From an uncultured delta proteobacterium (GTDB lineage: Bacteria > Myxococcota_A > Polyangia > Polyangiales > Polyangiaceae), in assembly GCA_963806225.1 (NCBI GenBank), contig CAWDXG010000001.1, positions 1,312,001 to 1,376,000 on the forward strand: a stretch of 64,000 bases of DNA. The letters are read 5' to 3'. The position numbers were made by a program, and so were the translations under genes. The notes under the pieces were generated by a model. The model saw only the letters and a list, made by a program, of their open reading frames with translations, searched no databases and was not told where the DNA came from. Below, piece after piece: positions 1-10,144 of this stretch (its first letter is position 1; every line of letters starts with the position of its first letter).

Positions 1-2341
1 TCTTGCAGCCGCCGATCTGGCAGCAGACCTGACCCGAGCCACACGCGCCGCCGCCGTTGCACTGGCAGTTCCTGAGCGAGCCCGGTGTTCCCACCCAGTG
101 GCACGTCTCGCCGGGCTTGCAGGTGATCGTGCCGCCGAAATTGTTGATGTCGCACCGGCAGACGCCTCCGTTCACGCAGCTGCCGCTGGATTGACACTGC
201 GAGCTCGAGCTGCATCCGCAGACGTTGCCGCCGCAGGAAAAGCCCTGTGCAGTGCAGCTGTTGCTGCAGCTGCCGCAGTGCGCGTCGTTCGCTCCCTGCT
301 CGCAGCCGTCGTCCGCCGTCGGTGCGGAAGGTTGGGAACAGTTGGAGTGACCTGGCTTGCAGATCGAATCGCAGACGCCACCGTTGCAGGACAGGCTCAA
401 GACGTTGGCGGTCGAGCACTTGCGCCCGCAGCCGCCGCAGTTGAGCGGGTCACTGCCTACGTCGGTCTCGCACCCGTTCGCGCTGTTGCCGTCGCAGTCG
501 CCTTTGCCGGCGGGGCACGCCGTGCACGTGGTGCTATTGCAGTACTGCAACCCGCTGCAGGCGTTGCTGCAACTGCCGCAGTGCTTGCTGTTGCTGGTCG
601 TGACCGTCTCGCAGCCGTCGTCCGGGGTCGGCGAGGCTGGCTGGAGGCAGTTGCCGTGCCCGGAATTGCACGTCGAGTTGCACGTGCCGCCGGAGCAGGA
701 TCGAGCCGCGACCTGGGTGGACGAGCACTTCCGGCCGCAGACGCCGCAGTTGTCCGGGTCGATGTTGACATCGGTCTCGCAACCGTCGTCCCCGGCGGGC
801 GGCGAGGGCTGCGTGCAGTTGTTGTAGCCCGCCTGGCAGAGTGAATCGCACTTGCCCAGCGAACACGAGCGCGACGAGACGTGGTTCCCCGAGCACTTGC
901 GTCCGCAGGCGCCGCAGTTGTCCGCGTCGAACGACACGGGCGTCTCGCAACCGTTGTCCGCGGCTGGAGCCGTGGGCGTCGAGCAGTCACCGTAACCGGA
1001 AACGCAGTTCGGGCTGCACGCTCCGCCGGAGCAGGCGAGGGTCTGCACGTTGTTCCCTGCGCAGACATGCCCACAGGCACCGCAGTTGCCGGTACTGGAG
1101 CCGAGATTTGTCTCGCAGCCGTTGTCGAGCGTCGGAGCGTAGGGCTGCGTGCAGTTGCCCCACCCGCTGGTGCACGTGGAGTCGCAACGGCCTGCCGAGC
1201 ACGAGGCCGTAGCGATGTGGCTCGTGGAACACTTCCGGCTGCAGGCGCCGCAGTTGTTGGGGCTCGACCCCAGGTCCGTCTCGCAGCCGTTGTCCGCCGT
1301 GGGAGCGCTGGGCGAGCTGCAGTCGCCATAGCCCGGGCTGCAGCTCGGGCTGCAGACGCCGCCGCTGCACGACTCCGAGGTCGCGTGGTTGGTCGAGCAG
1401 GCCCGCTTGCAGGTGCCGCAGTTCTGGGCGTCGATGAGCAGATTGGTTTCGCAACCGTTCGCGGCGACGCCATCGCAGTCCGCGTAGCCGGACTTGCAGC
1501 TTCCGATCGCGCAGTGGCCGGTGGCGTCGCACTTGCCGGTGGCGTTGTTGAGCGTGCAGGTGTTCCCGCAAAATCCGCAGTTCGGCACCTTGGTGAGATC
1601 GGCTTCGCAGACCGTGCCCGGGTTTCCGTCGCACTCCGCTGTGCCGGATGGGCAGGTGTTCGTCTTGCAGGCTCCAGCCGTACATGTCTCGTTCTGGGCG
1701 CAGGAGTTGCTGCACGAGCCGCAGTGCTGGGGGTCCGCGTCGGTCTTGCTTTCGCAGCCGTCGACTGGATCGGAGTTGCAGTCCTCGTAGTTCGCGTCGC
1801 ACGTGCCGACTGCGCACGCTCCTGCCGCGCAGCTTGCGGTGGCGTTGGGTTCTACGCACTTGTTCCCGCAGGTCCCGCAGTTGGCGGTGTCCGTCTTGAG
1901 ATCCGTCTCGCAGCCATCTGACGGATCGCTGTTGCAGTCCGCGAAGCCGGCGTCACAGCTCGCGATCGCGCATTTGCCCGTCGAGTCGCAGCTGGGCGTG
2001 GCGTGCGGAATGCTGCACGGTGAACAGTTCGGCGATGCGCAGCCGAACGCGGAGTTCGTTTCCAGCACGCACGAGGTCCCGCAGAGCTTCGTGCCAAGCC
2101 CGCAGACCGGTCCGTCGGGGGGCGCGTCGGACGGTGCGTCCAGCGGCGCGTCCGGCGACGCATCCGCGCCGCCGTCCGTGCCACCGGCGGACACGTCGGC
2201 GCCATCCCCGCCCGCGGCGCCATCGACGAGGGCCGCGTCTCCGCTCGCGCCGCCGTTGCCGATGGTGAAGCTGTCGAAGTTCTGTGTGCAGCCGACCGCG
2301 AGTCCGAGGCCGAGAGCGAGCGCGATTGCAAAGCGTCGCAT
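1..2341 (-). CDS. Cys-rich repeat lipoprotein (STIG1-like CGxC repeats), runs off the window start
   Basis: Absent from the ORF track because there is no stop in the window. ATG at 2341 overlaps the upstream TGA (TGATG). Reads MRRFAIALALGLGLAVGC (lipobox), a Gly/Asp/Ala linker, then many CxxG[FYW]x[DN]C...[DN]GCEx[DN]...NCGxCxxxC repeats. Confidence 0.85.
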   Translation of the reverse strand, partial: MRRFAIALALGLGLAVGCTQNFDSFTIGNGGASGDAALVDGAAGGDGADVSAGGTDGGADASPDAPLDAPSDAPPDGPVCGLGTKLCGTSCVLETNSAFGCASPNCSPCSIPHATPSCDSTGKCAIASCDAGFADCNSDPSDGCETDLKTDTANCGTCGNKCVEPNATASCAAGACAVGTCDANYEDCNSDPVDGCESKTDADPQHCGSCSNSCAQNETCTAGACKTNTCPSGTAECDGNPGTVCEADLTKVPNCGFCGNTCTLNNATGKCDATGHCAIGSCKSGYADCDGVAANGCETNLLIDAQNCGTCKRACSTNHATSESCSGGVCSPSCSPGYGDCSSPSAPTADNGCETDLGSSPNNCGACSRKCSTSHIATASCSAGRCDSTCTSGWGNCTQPYAPTLDNGCETNLGSSTGNCGACGHVCAGNNVQTLACSGGACSPNCVSGYGDCSTPTAPAADNGCETPVSFDADNCGACGRKCSGNHVSSRSCSLGKCDSLCQAGYNNCTQPSPPAGDDGCETDVNIDPDNCGVCGRKCSSTQVAARSCSGGTCNSTCNSGHGNCLQPASPTPDDGCETVTTSNSKHCGSCSNACSGLQYCNSTTCTACPAGKGDCDGNSANGCETDVGSDPLNCGGCGRKCSTANVLSLSCNGGVCDSICKPGHSNCSQPSAPTADDGCEQGANDAHCGSCSNSCTAQGFSCGGNVCGCSSSSQCQSSGSCVNGGVCRCDINNFGGTITCKPGETCHWVGTPGSLRNCQCNGGGACGSGQVCCQIGGCK

Positions 2342-3399
2342 CAGAACGTCCCTCCGACCGCGACCGATCCTGGCCCTGCGCTGAGCTCCAGCTCTTTTGC
2401 TGTGTCCTGGCGAGGCGACGATTGCTTCAGGTCGATCACGAACAGGGCGACTCCTGCACCCAGTCCGACGATCCCGACACCGAGACCGACGTTGGCGATG
2501 GTCTGCTGGGTCTTCCCCTTGTCGATGTCCCCGGCCTGTGCGGGTGAGCAGACGTGAGCCTTGCATGTGGCGTCGAGATGGCTGTACGTCGAGTGCGACA
2601 TCGCCCCCGCGATCGCGAAGGTCGCGAGCCCCGCGACGCCGACGCCCCCCGCGATGTACGCGTACGGGCGCAACGCGTGCTTCCGCCCGGTTCCGGTATC
2701 GCCGGGGCCGGACGTGCCGGGAGCTGCTGCGTGGTGCACCGGAGGCGGCAGTGGAGCGCCGGCGTTGTCCATCATGTCGTTCGAGACATCGAACTTGACG
2801 CGCGTCACCTTCCCGACGCTCGCGGTGACGGTGCGCCACGCGCGACGGCCTCCGGTCACGCGCGCGGTCACATCCACCGAGCCTGGCTTGACGGCGATGG
2901 CGTGCCAGCGCGCGTGCGGAACCTCGCGGGACCCCACGTAGAGCGTCACCGCCGAGGGATCGCCCTGTAATTCCACGGAAATCGCCGCTACCTTCTTCAG
3001 CACGCTCTTCTTCTCGGCCTCGGCCGACTCCGCGGCGGTAGCGTAGCGCGGGAGCTTGACCGCGAGCTTGCCCGCTTCGTCCTGTGTGAGGGCGAACTCC
3101 TCGTATGCGCGGCCGTATTCGCCTGCCTCGCGCAGGGCGCGGGCGAACATCATGTGCGAATTGGGGCTGGCGACGACCTGGTAGGAGGCCTGGAAGGCCT
3201 GTGCTGCGTGGCTGTAGTCGCCCGCCTTGTACTCCTTGACCCCCTGCTCGTAGCGGGTCTGCGCCCGGGACTTTTCGGCGGGGGAGGCCGATTCGGGGTT
3301 GGCGCCGGTTGCGAGCGCCGGCGTCGGCACCAGGAGGATCGAGAGCCCGCATGCTACACGCGCTGCGCAGCGAACGACCCGGGGGCGGGGGCAAGCCAT
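2341..3399 (-). CDS. Secreted TPR/PEGA-like protein with C-terminal Gly-rich hydrophobic hairpin and terminal Phe
   Basis: Signal-like N-terminus, TPR-like helices (AQTRYEQGVKEYKAGDYSHAAQAFQASY), beta-rich middle, two Gly-rich hydrophobic segments, ends GSVAVGGTF. TAGGAT lies 7 nt upstream of the ATG. Confidence 0.75.
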   Translation of the reverse strand: MACPRPRVVRCAARVACGLSILLVPTPALATGANPESASPAEKSRAQTRYEQGVKEYKAGDYSHAAQAFQASYQVVASPNSHMMFARALREAGEYGRAYEEFALTQDEAGKLAVKLPRYATAAESAEAEKKSVLKKVAAISVELQGDPSAVTLYVGSREVPHARWHAIAVKPGSVDVTARVTGGRRAWRTVTASVGKVTRVKFDVSNDMMDNAGAPLPPPVHHAAAPGTSGPGDTGTGRKHALRPYAYIAGGVGVAGLATFAIAGAMSHSTYSHLDATCKAHVCSPAQAGDIDKGKTQQTIANVGLGVGIVGLGAGVALFVIDLKQSSPRQDTAKELELSAGPGSVAVGGTF

Positions 3400-3475
3400 C
3401 CCGGGTATCCTACCACGCTCGACCGCCTGGCCGATCCTGGCTTTGCGCCGTTCGGGCCGCTATAACGGAACGCTG

Positions 3476-4123
3476 GTGACCAGGACGCCCCCAGAGCCGC
3501 CGGACGAGGAACTCGACGAGCTGGATGACGAGGCGATTGTCGCCCAGCAGTCTGCGGCACACGCGCCCCAGCGTCGGGCCCAGGTGAAGCTGGAGAGCCG
3601 CAGTGTCGTCGTCGCGGACGACGACACCGAGGCGACCCGGCAGCTCGAGGTCTACACCGAGGGCAGCTCGGATCCGACGCTTGTCGTGCGGGATCGGGAG
3701 CGCCACGCACTGGCGCAGGCAGTCCGGGATCTGCCCTCGAGCCAGACTGGAAAGAAGTCGCGTGTCGCGCTCGCGATCTGGGGCGCCGCGGGGCTCCTCG
3801 CTTTCGGTCTGGGGGCTGTGCTTGCGACGGTGCGTGGTGGCGCCACCCCCTCGGTCGTGAAGGTGTCGCCGGCCGCCAGCCCAGCCTCGCACCAGCCCGT
3901 GGCCGTCAGCCCCCCGGTTGCTGCCCAGGTCACCTCGCGCGACGCGGCGGTCCCCTCGGCGTCCGCCGCGGAGCCTGCGCTGGATCTGGATCAGCTTCCG
4001 GTAGAGCGGGGCCACAAGGCCAAGGTGCGCTCGGGACAGCAGGTGCGTCCGAAGCGTGCGCGCCCGAAGCCATCGACGCCTGCTACCGCGCCCGAGAAGG
4101 GCGCCATTCCTTCCGGGATTTGA
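3476..4123 (+). CDS. Single-pass membrane protein with acidic N-terminus and Pro/Ala-rich tail ending IPSGI
   Basis: GTG at 3476 follows TATAAC (3461-3466). One TM segment (VALAIWGAAGLLAFGLGAVLA). Confidence 0.65.
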   Translation: MTRTPPEPPDEELDELDDEAIVAQQSAAHAPQRRAQVKLESRSVVVADDDTEATRQLEVYTEGSSDPTLVVRDRERHALAQAVRDLPSSQTGKKSRVALAIWGAAGLLAFGLGAVLATVRGGATPSVVKVSPAASPASHQPVAVSPPVAAQVTSRDAAVPSASAAEPALDLDQLPVERGHKAKVRSGQQVRPKRARPKPSTPATAPEKGAIPSGI

Positions 4124-4198
4124 CCCCCGGCACGCCAGGGGTGGCGGCGTGCCGCGCTTGGGTCTAGGCTGGCCGCGCTTGCCGGGGAGGGCTTTGTC

Positions 4199-4507
4199 AT
4201 GCGCGTCTCCACCGCGTCCGTGTTTGTCTCCATCCTTGTCGTGGCGCCCTGCGCCGCACTCGTCTCCACCAGCACGCCCGCCCAGGCGGCGGCCCGGGGG
4301 GGCGCATACCGTGTCGGGATGCAGCTGCGCGCGCGGGACGATTGCACCATCCAGGGCTACGCCGTGAAGAAAGGCGTGGTGCTGGCCGTGCTGTCTGTGC
4401 ACCGCGACGACGACGGCAAGGAAGTCGCGCTTGATCTGGGCTTCAGGGGCATGACGATCCGGGGGGTCGACGTGCGCACGATCGCCAGCCACTTCAAGCG
4501 CACGTGA
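4199..4507 (+). CDS. Small secreted hypothetical protein
   Basis: GGGGAGG RBS, signal-peptide-like N-terminus (…TPAQA), 102 aa, GC-rich codon usage. Confidence 0.55.
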   Translation: MRVSTASVFVSILVVAPCAALVSTSTPAQAAARGGAYRVGMQLRARDDCTIQGYAVKKGVVLAVLSVHRDDDGKEVALDLGFRGMTIRGVDVRTIASHFKRT

Positions 4508-4575
4508 TCGAACCAGCAGGCGGGCGCCCGGGCGCGCTGTTTCACAATCGCCCCGGCTGACCTAGGCTGGCCGAC

Positions 4576-5947
4576 GTGGATCTCCGCAGCTTGCCCAGGG
4601 TGGACCGCGTCGTGGCGGCTCCGGCGCTCGCTTCCTCCCGCGCGGCACTGGGCACGCGCACCGTGACTGGCATCGCCCGCGAAGTCATCGCCGGATACCG
4701 CGAGCTGGTTCGCGCTGGACAGCCGGCGCCGTCGGAGGCGGAGGTGGTCGAGGCGGTGCTCGGTGCCGCTCGGCGGCGCCTCGGGCAGCGCCTCGAAGCG
4801 GTGGTCAACGCGACCGGGGTGCTGCTGCATACGAACCTGGGACGGGCGCCGCTACCCGCGTCATCCCTCGAGCGCATGCTCGAGGTGGCGCGCGGCTACT
4901 GTGCGCTCGAGTTCGATCTGGAGCTCGGGGTGCGGTCGCGGCGTGGTGCGGCCATCGACGCGCGGCTCGCGGAGCTGGTCGGAGCAGACGCCGCGCTGGT
5001 CGTGAACAACAACGCCGCGGCTGTGCTGCTGGCGCTCGGCGCGCTGGCTTCCGGTCGCGAGGTCGTGGTCTCGCGCGGCGAGCTGGTCGAAATCGGTGGG
5101 GGGTTCCGCATCCCGGAGGTCCTGCAGCGCTCCGGCGCCCGGCTGGTCGAGGTAGGGACCACCAACCGCACTCGTGTCGAGGACTACGTCGCGGCTTTCT
5201 CGGACCGTACAGCCGGCGTGCTCAGGGTGCACCCGAGCAACTTCACGATGAGCGGGTTCGCGGAACGACCCGCGCTCTCCCGGCTCGCGAACGCGGTGCA
5301 CGAGCACGGGTTGATCTCTGATCAAGGACCTCGGCGGGGGGCTGGTCACCGGTCTTCCGGAATCGATTGCCGCGCCGGCGCGCGATGCCGAACCCAGTGT
5401 GCAACGATGCCTGGGCGCTGGCGCCGACCTGGTGTGCTTCAGCCTGGACAAGCTCTTCGGCGGCCCGCAGGGCGGCGTCGTGGTCGGTGCGGCCGAGCTG
5501 GTGGATCGTCTCCGGGGTGACCCGTTGGCTCGTGCGCTTCGCGTCGGGAAGTCGACGCTGGCCGCGCTGGAGCCGGTGGTGGAAGCGTACGCGCGTGAGG
5601 ACATCGAAAGCATTCCGCTCCACGCGATGCTGCGCGCCCCGCTGGGCCGATTGAGGGAGAGGGTCGAGGGCTGGCAGAGCGAGCTGGGGACGGCAGCGCG
5701 TCACACGCGCGTCGTGGACAGCGAGGCTACGGTCGGTGGCGGCACCCTGGCCGGAGCTGTGCTTCCGTCTGTCGCATTGGAAATCACCTCCGGGTCGCCC
5801 GACACGCTAGCCCGCGAGCTTCGCATCGCTCGACCCGCCGTTGTCGGAAGGGTGTCCGGGGGAGCTCTGCTGCTGGATGCCCGGACCGTCCTGCCAGCGC
5901 AGGATCCAGCGGTCGCAGCTGCTCTCTGCCAAGTGTTGTCGGCGTGA
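4576..5947 (+). CDS. selA: L-seryl-tRNA(Sec) selenium transferase, split by a +1 frameshift near 5317 (probable sequencing error)
   Basis: VVNATGVLLHTNLGRAPL, VNNNAAAVLL, SRGELVEIGGGFRIP, EVGTTNRT and VHPSNF in the first frame. KDLGGG and the PLP lysine motif FSLDKLFGGPQGG in the next frame. Confidence 0.93.
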
Positions 5948-6019
5948 CGCACTCTCCGCGGGAGCGACGCCGGACTGCGGCGCTCGAAGCAGGTTGCTGG
6001 CCGTAGTAGGGTGCTACCC

Positions 6020-8254
6020 ATGCGTCGCTTGTCCTGGCTTGTTCTACTGATCTGTATCGGGGTGGTCGCGTGCAGCATCAACACGGAGGCGACCGGCACC
6101 GGGTCGGACCCCGACGCAGGCGCGGCCGGCGGGATGGGAGGAACGGGCGGCGGAGGCGCAGCGGGCACCGGAGGCGGAGCGGACTGCTTCCCCTCGCAGG
6201 ACCAGAAGTTCTGCGGTGGCCAGAGCTGCCCGTACAAGGACGACCCCTCGCACGGCTGCGCGACGACCTCGTGTGCCCCGTGCTCGCTGCCCAACGCCAT
6301 CGCCGATTGCGCGTCCAGCGGCAGCTGTGATGTCCAGAGCTGCAACCCTGGCTTCAGCGATTGTGACGCCGCTGCCGGCGACGGGTGCGAGGTCAACACC
6401 GACGCCGACCCGCACAACTGCGGGGGCTGCGGTCAGGACTGCTTCACGCCGGGAGATTCCACGAACTGGGACTGTATCTCGGGCAGCTGCAAGGTCTCCA
6501 AGTGTCCTCTGGGTCGCGGCGACTGCAACCAGGACCCAAACGACAAGTGCGAGGTCGACCTGACCTCGGATCCCGACAACTGCAGCTTCTGCGGTGGCAT
6601 CTGCGCGGCCACCGTGCAGCACGCCACGCCCTCGTGCACAGCCGGAAAGTGTGGCTACTCCAAGTGCGAGCCCGGGTGGGCCGATTGTGACGGGAACCCG
6701 GTCAACGGCTGCGAGCAGGACGTTGCTTCGGACCCGACCCACTGCGGCAGCTGCAACACCGTGTGCAACACGACGAACGGCAAGGCGGCCTGCGTGGCCG
6801 GGCAGTGCGCGATCACGTGCAACCCCGGATACGGTAACTGTAATGGCATTGCCAGCGACGGCTGTGAGACCAATCTGGACACGAACACGAGTCACTGTGG
6901 CAACTGCTCGACCGCATGCAGCACGAACCACGCGACGCCGACGTGCAGCAGCGGAAAGTGCGCGCTGACCTGCCAGGGCAGTTGGCGCGACTGCAACGGC
7001 GTGGTGTCCGACGGCTGCGAAGCCAATCTGGATACCAATCCGAACCACTGCGGCAGCTGCGCGAAAGCGTGCAGCACGAACAACGCGACGCCAACCTGTA
7101 GCGGCGGATTATGTGTGCTGTCCTGCAAGGGGGCCTGGCGCGACTGCAACGGCACGGAATCCGACGGTTGCGAGATCAACACGGGCACGGACGTGAGCCA
7201 CTGTGGCGGCTGCTCGTCTGCGTGCAGTGGCAATCACGGTACCCCGTCCTGCAGCGGCGGAGCCTGTAGCATCAAGTGCAGCAGTGGGTACGGCAACTGC
7301 GACGGCAATGCCAGCAACGGCTGCGAGACCAACACGACGAACAGCACGGGCAACTGCGGCGCCTGCAACTACAAGTGCGGCGACCACGTGCAGAACGCCA
7401 GCGGGGTCGCCTGCTCGGGCAGCGCGTGCACCTACACCGGCTCCTGCAGCAGCGGTTTCGGGGACTGCACGGGCGGCAAGGTCGACGGCTGCGAGACTCC
7501 GCTGAACACGACAACGAACTGCGCGGGGTGCGGCACGGCGTGCAGCCCTGCGCATGGCACGGGTACCTGCAGCACCGGAACCTGCGCGATCGCGAGTTGT
7601 ACGGCTCCGTACAAGGATTGCAGCGGCGGCGTGGGCAATGGTTGCGAGACGAACACCAGCAGCAGCACGGACAATTGCGGCGCCTGCGGCTACATGTGCA
7701 GCGCCCACGTGCAGAACGCCAGCGGGGTTGCCTGTTCGGGCAGCGCGTGCACGTACACCGGCTCCTGCAGCAGCGGTTTCGGGGACTGCACGGGCGGCAA
7801 GGCCGACGGCTGCGAAACGCCGCTGGACACCACGTCGAACTGCGGATCCTGCGGCAACAACTGCACGACGAATGTAGTCCACGCGAGCGGTGTGGCGTGC
7901 GGCGCGGGCGGGACCTGCACGTACACTGGCTCCTGCAGCGCGGGCTGGGAGGATTGCATTGGGGGCAAGGCCGACGGTTGCGAGACAGATCTGACGGCGG
8001 TGACCACGTGCGGGAGCTGCAGCAACGACTGTACGGCAAAGGTCGCGCACGCAAGCGGGGTGACGTGTGAGGCGGGGGGCACATGCAGCTACACCGGCGC
8101 CTGCGCGGCGAACTGGGATGACTGCAACAAGGACAAGACCGACGGCTGCGAGACGGATCTAACCACGGACACCGATTGCGGAGTGTGTGGCGGCAAGTGC
8201 GTCGGCGGGCTGTCCTGCAAGCAGAGCGCCGGCGTCTACGCCTGTTCCCCGTGA
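6020..8254 (+). CDS. Cys-rich repeat lipoprotein (744 aa)
   Basis: Lipobox VVAC, Gly-rich linker, roughly 50-55 aa repeats CxxG[WFY]xDCxGxxxDGCExxxxxxxx[NH]CGxC. Confidence 0.88.
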   Translation: MRRLSWLVLLICIGVVACSINTEATGTGSDPDAGAAGGMGGTGGGGAAGTGGGADCFPSQDQKFCGGQSCPYKDDPSHGCATTSCAPCSLPNAIADCASSGSCDVQSCNPGFSDCDAAAGDGCEVNTDADPHNCGGCGQDCFTPGDSTNWDCISGSCKVSKCPLGRGDCNQDPNDKCEVDLTSDPDNCSFCGGICAATVQHATPSCTAGKCGYSKCEPGWADCDGNPVNGCEQDVASDPTHCGSCNTVCNTTNGKAACVAGQCAITCNPGYGNCNGIASDGCETNLDTNTSHCGNCSTACSTNHATPTCSSGKCALTCQGSWRDCNGVVSDGCEANLDTNPNHCGSCAKACSTNNATPTCSGGLCVLSCKGAWRDCNGTESDGCEINTGTDVSHCGGCSSACSGNHGTPSCSGGACSIKCSSGYGNCDGNASNGCETNTTNSTGNCGACNYKCGDHVQNASGVACSGSACTYTGSCSSGFGDCTGGKVDGCETPLNTTTNCAGCGTACSPAHGTGTCSTGTCAIASCTAPYKDCSGGVGNGCETNTSSSTDNCGACGYMCSAHVQNASGVACSGSACTYTGSCSSGFGDCTGGKADGCETPLDTTSNCGSCGNNCTTNVVHASGVACGAGGTCTYTGSCSAGWEDCIGGKADGCETDLTAVTTCGSCSNDCTAKVAHASGVTCEAGGTCSYTGACAANWDDCNKDKTDGCETDLTTDTDCGVCGGKCVGGLSCKQSAGVYACSP
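7385..7830 (+). repeat. Recent intragenic duplication: two near-identical ~125 bp blocks 321 bp apart
   Basis: cacgtgcagaacgccagcgggg...ggctcctgcagcagcggtttcggggactgcacgggcggcaagg starts at 7385 and at 7706 (HVQNASGVACSGSACTYTGSCSSGFGDCTGGK twice). Confidence 0.85.
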
Positions 8255-8380
8255 GCCACGCCGCGGCGCGGCATCCAGCGCTTTTGCTGGAAATCGGTCG
8301 GCCGGGCGCAGCGCCGGGCAGAAAGGCCCCATCGCCAGGCCCGCTCGAAGTACGCGCAGCTCTGTAGTACAGTTGTCGGC

Positions 8381-10144
8381 ATGCGTCGGGCGCTTTGGCT
8401 TGTTCTGGTGGCTTGGTTTGGAATCGCTGCCTGCAGCGTGAACACCGAGGCGACCGGTACCGGCACCTCGCCTGACGCGGGTGCCGCGGGCGGCACGGGT
8501 GGAACCGGCGGTACCGGCGGAGGGACGGGCGGCTCCAACTGCTTTCCCACCTCCGAGCAGAAGTTCTGCGGCGCCAGTTCCTGCCCGTCGAAGACCGACC
8601 CGGCATTCGGTTGCGGGCAGTCGTCCTGCGCTGCGTGCTCGGTGCCCAACGCCATCGCGGATTGCGCGTCCGATGGCACCTGCGGCCTGCAGAGCTGCAA
8701 CCCCGGGTTCAGCGACTGCGACGGCGACGCCGCCGACGGGTGCGAGGTCAACACCGGCGCCGACCCCAAGAACTGCGGTGCCTGTGGCAATGACTGCTTT
8801 GCCAAAGGCGCCACGACGAACTGGGTGTGCAACCAGGGCTCGTGCGAGGTGTCGAACTGCCCCACCGGGAAGGGCGACTGCAACAACGATTCGACGGACG
8901 GTTGCGAGACCGACCTGACCTCGGATCCGAACAACTGCGCCTACTGCACGGGCGACTGCTCCACCGTGCAGCACGCCACGCCCTCCTGTACGAACAGCAA
9001 GTGCGGCTACACCAAGTGCGACGCGGGGTGGGCCGACTGCGACGGCGACCCGACGAACGGCTGCGAACAGGACATCGCGAGCGATCCGAACCACTGCGGC
9101 GCCTGCGGCACCGTGTGCAGCAGTACGAACGGGACTCCGGGCTGCGTCGCCGGGCAGTGCACCATCACGTGCACCCCTGGATCCGGCTACGGTAACTGCA
9201 ACGGCCCAGCCAACGACGGTTGCGAAACGCCTCTCACCACAACGAGCAACTGCGGGGGTTGCAAGAACGTCTGTAGCACGAAGAATTCGAAGCCTACCTG
9301 CGACAGCGGGAGCTGCACGGTCCACTGCAATAGCGGGTTCGCGGACTGCAACGGCACGGGAAGCGACGGCTGTGAGGTCGACTTCTCCCGGGTGAAGACG
9401 TGCGGCGGCTGCGGCAATGACTGCACTTCAAAAGTCGCGCACGCGACGGCGACGTGCGACAAGGGCGCCTGCAGCTACTCCGGGGCCTGCGCGCCGGGCT
9501 GGGGCGACTGCAGCGGCGGCAAGGCCGACGGCTGCGAGACGCCGCTGAACACCACGAGTTACTGCGGCGCCTGCGGCACCAATTGCAACGGGGTGCAGCA
9601 TGCGACCGCGATCTGCTCGTCCGGAAGCTGCAGCTATTCCGGGAGCTGCGCGCCGGACTGGGGCGATTGCAACGGCGACAAGTCGGACGGCTGCGAGAAG
9701 AATGTCGCGGGCGACGTGAACAACTGCGGAAGCTGCGGCTACAAGTGCAGCGACTATGTGCAGCACGCAGGCAACGTCGGCTGCGACGGCAGCGGGGCAT
9801 GTACCTACACCGGGTCGTGCAGCAACAACTGGAAGGATTGCGACGGCAACAAGGCCAATGGCTGCGAGGTGGACCTGACCCAGCTGACGACCTGCGGCGC
9901 CTGCGGCAACGATTGCACGAAGAGCGTGCTGCACGTGTCCGCCAGCCAGATCAGCTGCGGGGCCGGCAACACCTGCACCTATTCAGGGAACTGCGACCAG
10001 GGCTGGGCCGACTGTGACGGCGACAAGTCCAACGGCTGCGAGGCGGACCTGCACAGCACCACCACCTGCGGCAACTGCAACACCCAGTGCCCCACCAACA
10101 AGGTCTGCAAGGACCAGGGTGGCTGGAGCTGTCACAACCCCTAG
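8381..10144 (+). CDS. Cys-rich repeat lipoprotein (587 aa), tandem paralogue of 6020-8254
   Basis: Lipobox IAAC. N-terminus CSVNTEATGTGTSPDAGAAGG is nearly identical to the neighbour. Same repeat unit. Confidence 0.88.
   Translation: MRRALWLVLVAWFGIAACSVNTEATGTGTSPDAGAAGGTGGTGGTGGGTGGSNCFPTSEQKFCGASSCPSKTDPAFGCGQSSCAACSVPNAIADCASDGTCGLQSCNPGFSDCDGDAADGCEVNTGADPKNCGACGNDCFAKGATTNWVCNQGSCEVSNCPTGKGDCNNDSTDGCETDLTSDPNNCAYCTGDCSTVQHATPSCTNSKCGYTKCDAGWADCDGDPTNGCEQDIASDPNHCGACGTVCSSTNGTPGCVAGQCTITCTPGSGYGNCNGPANDGCETPLTTTSNCGGCKNVCSTKNSKPTCDSGSCTVHCNSGFADCNGTGSDGCEVDFSRVKTCGGCGNDCTSKVAHATATCDKGACSYSGACAPGWGDCSGGKADGCETPLNTTSYCGACGTNCNGVQHATAICSSGSCSYSGSCAPDWGDCNGDKSDGCEKNVAGDVNNCGSCGYKCSDYVQHAGNVGCDGSGACTYTGSCSNNWKDCDGNKANGCEVDLTQLTTCGACGNDCTKSVLHVSASQISCGAGNTCTYSGNCDQGWADCDGDKSNGCEADLHSTTTCGNCNTQCPTNKVCKDQGGWSCHNP

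Noticed and set aside
1..10144. Repeats in the Cys-rich genes as a CRISPR array or multiheme cytochromes
   Set aside because: The repeats are in-frame degenerate protein repeats without unique spacers, and the CxxC motifs are not followed by His.
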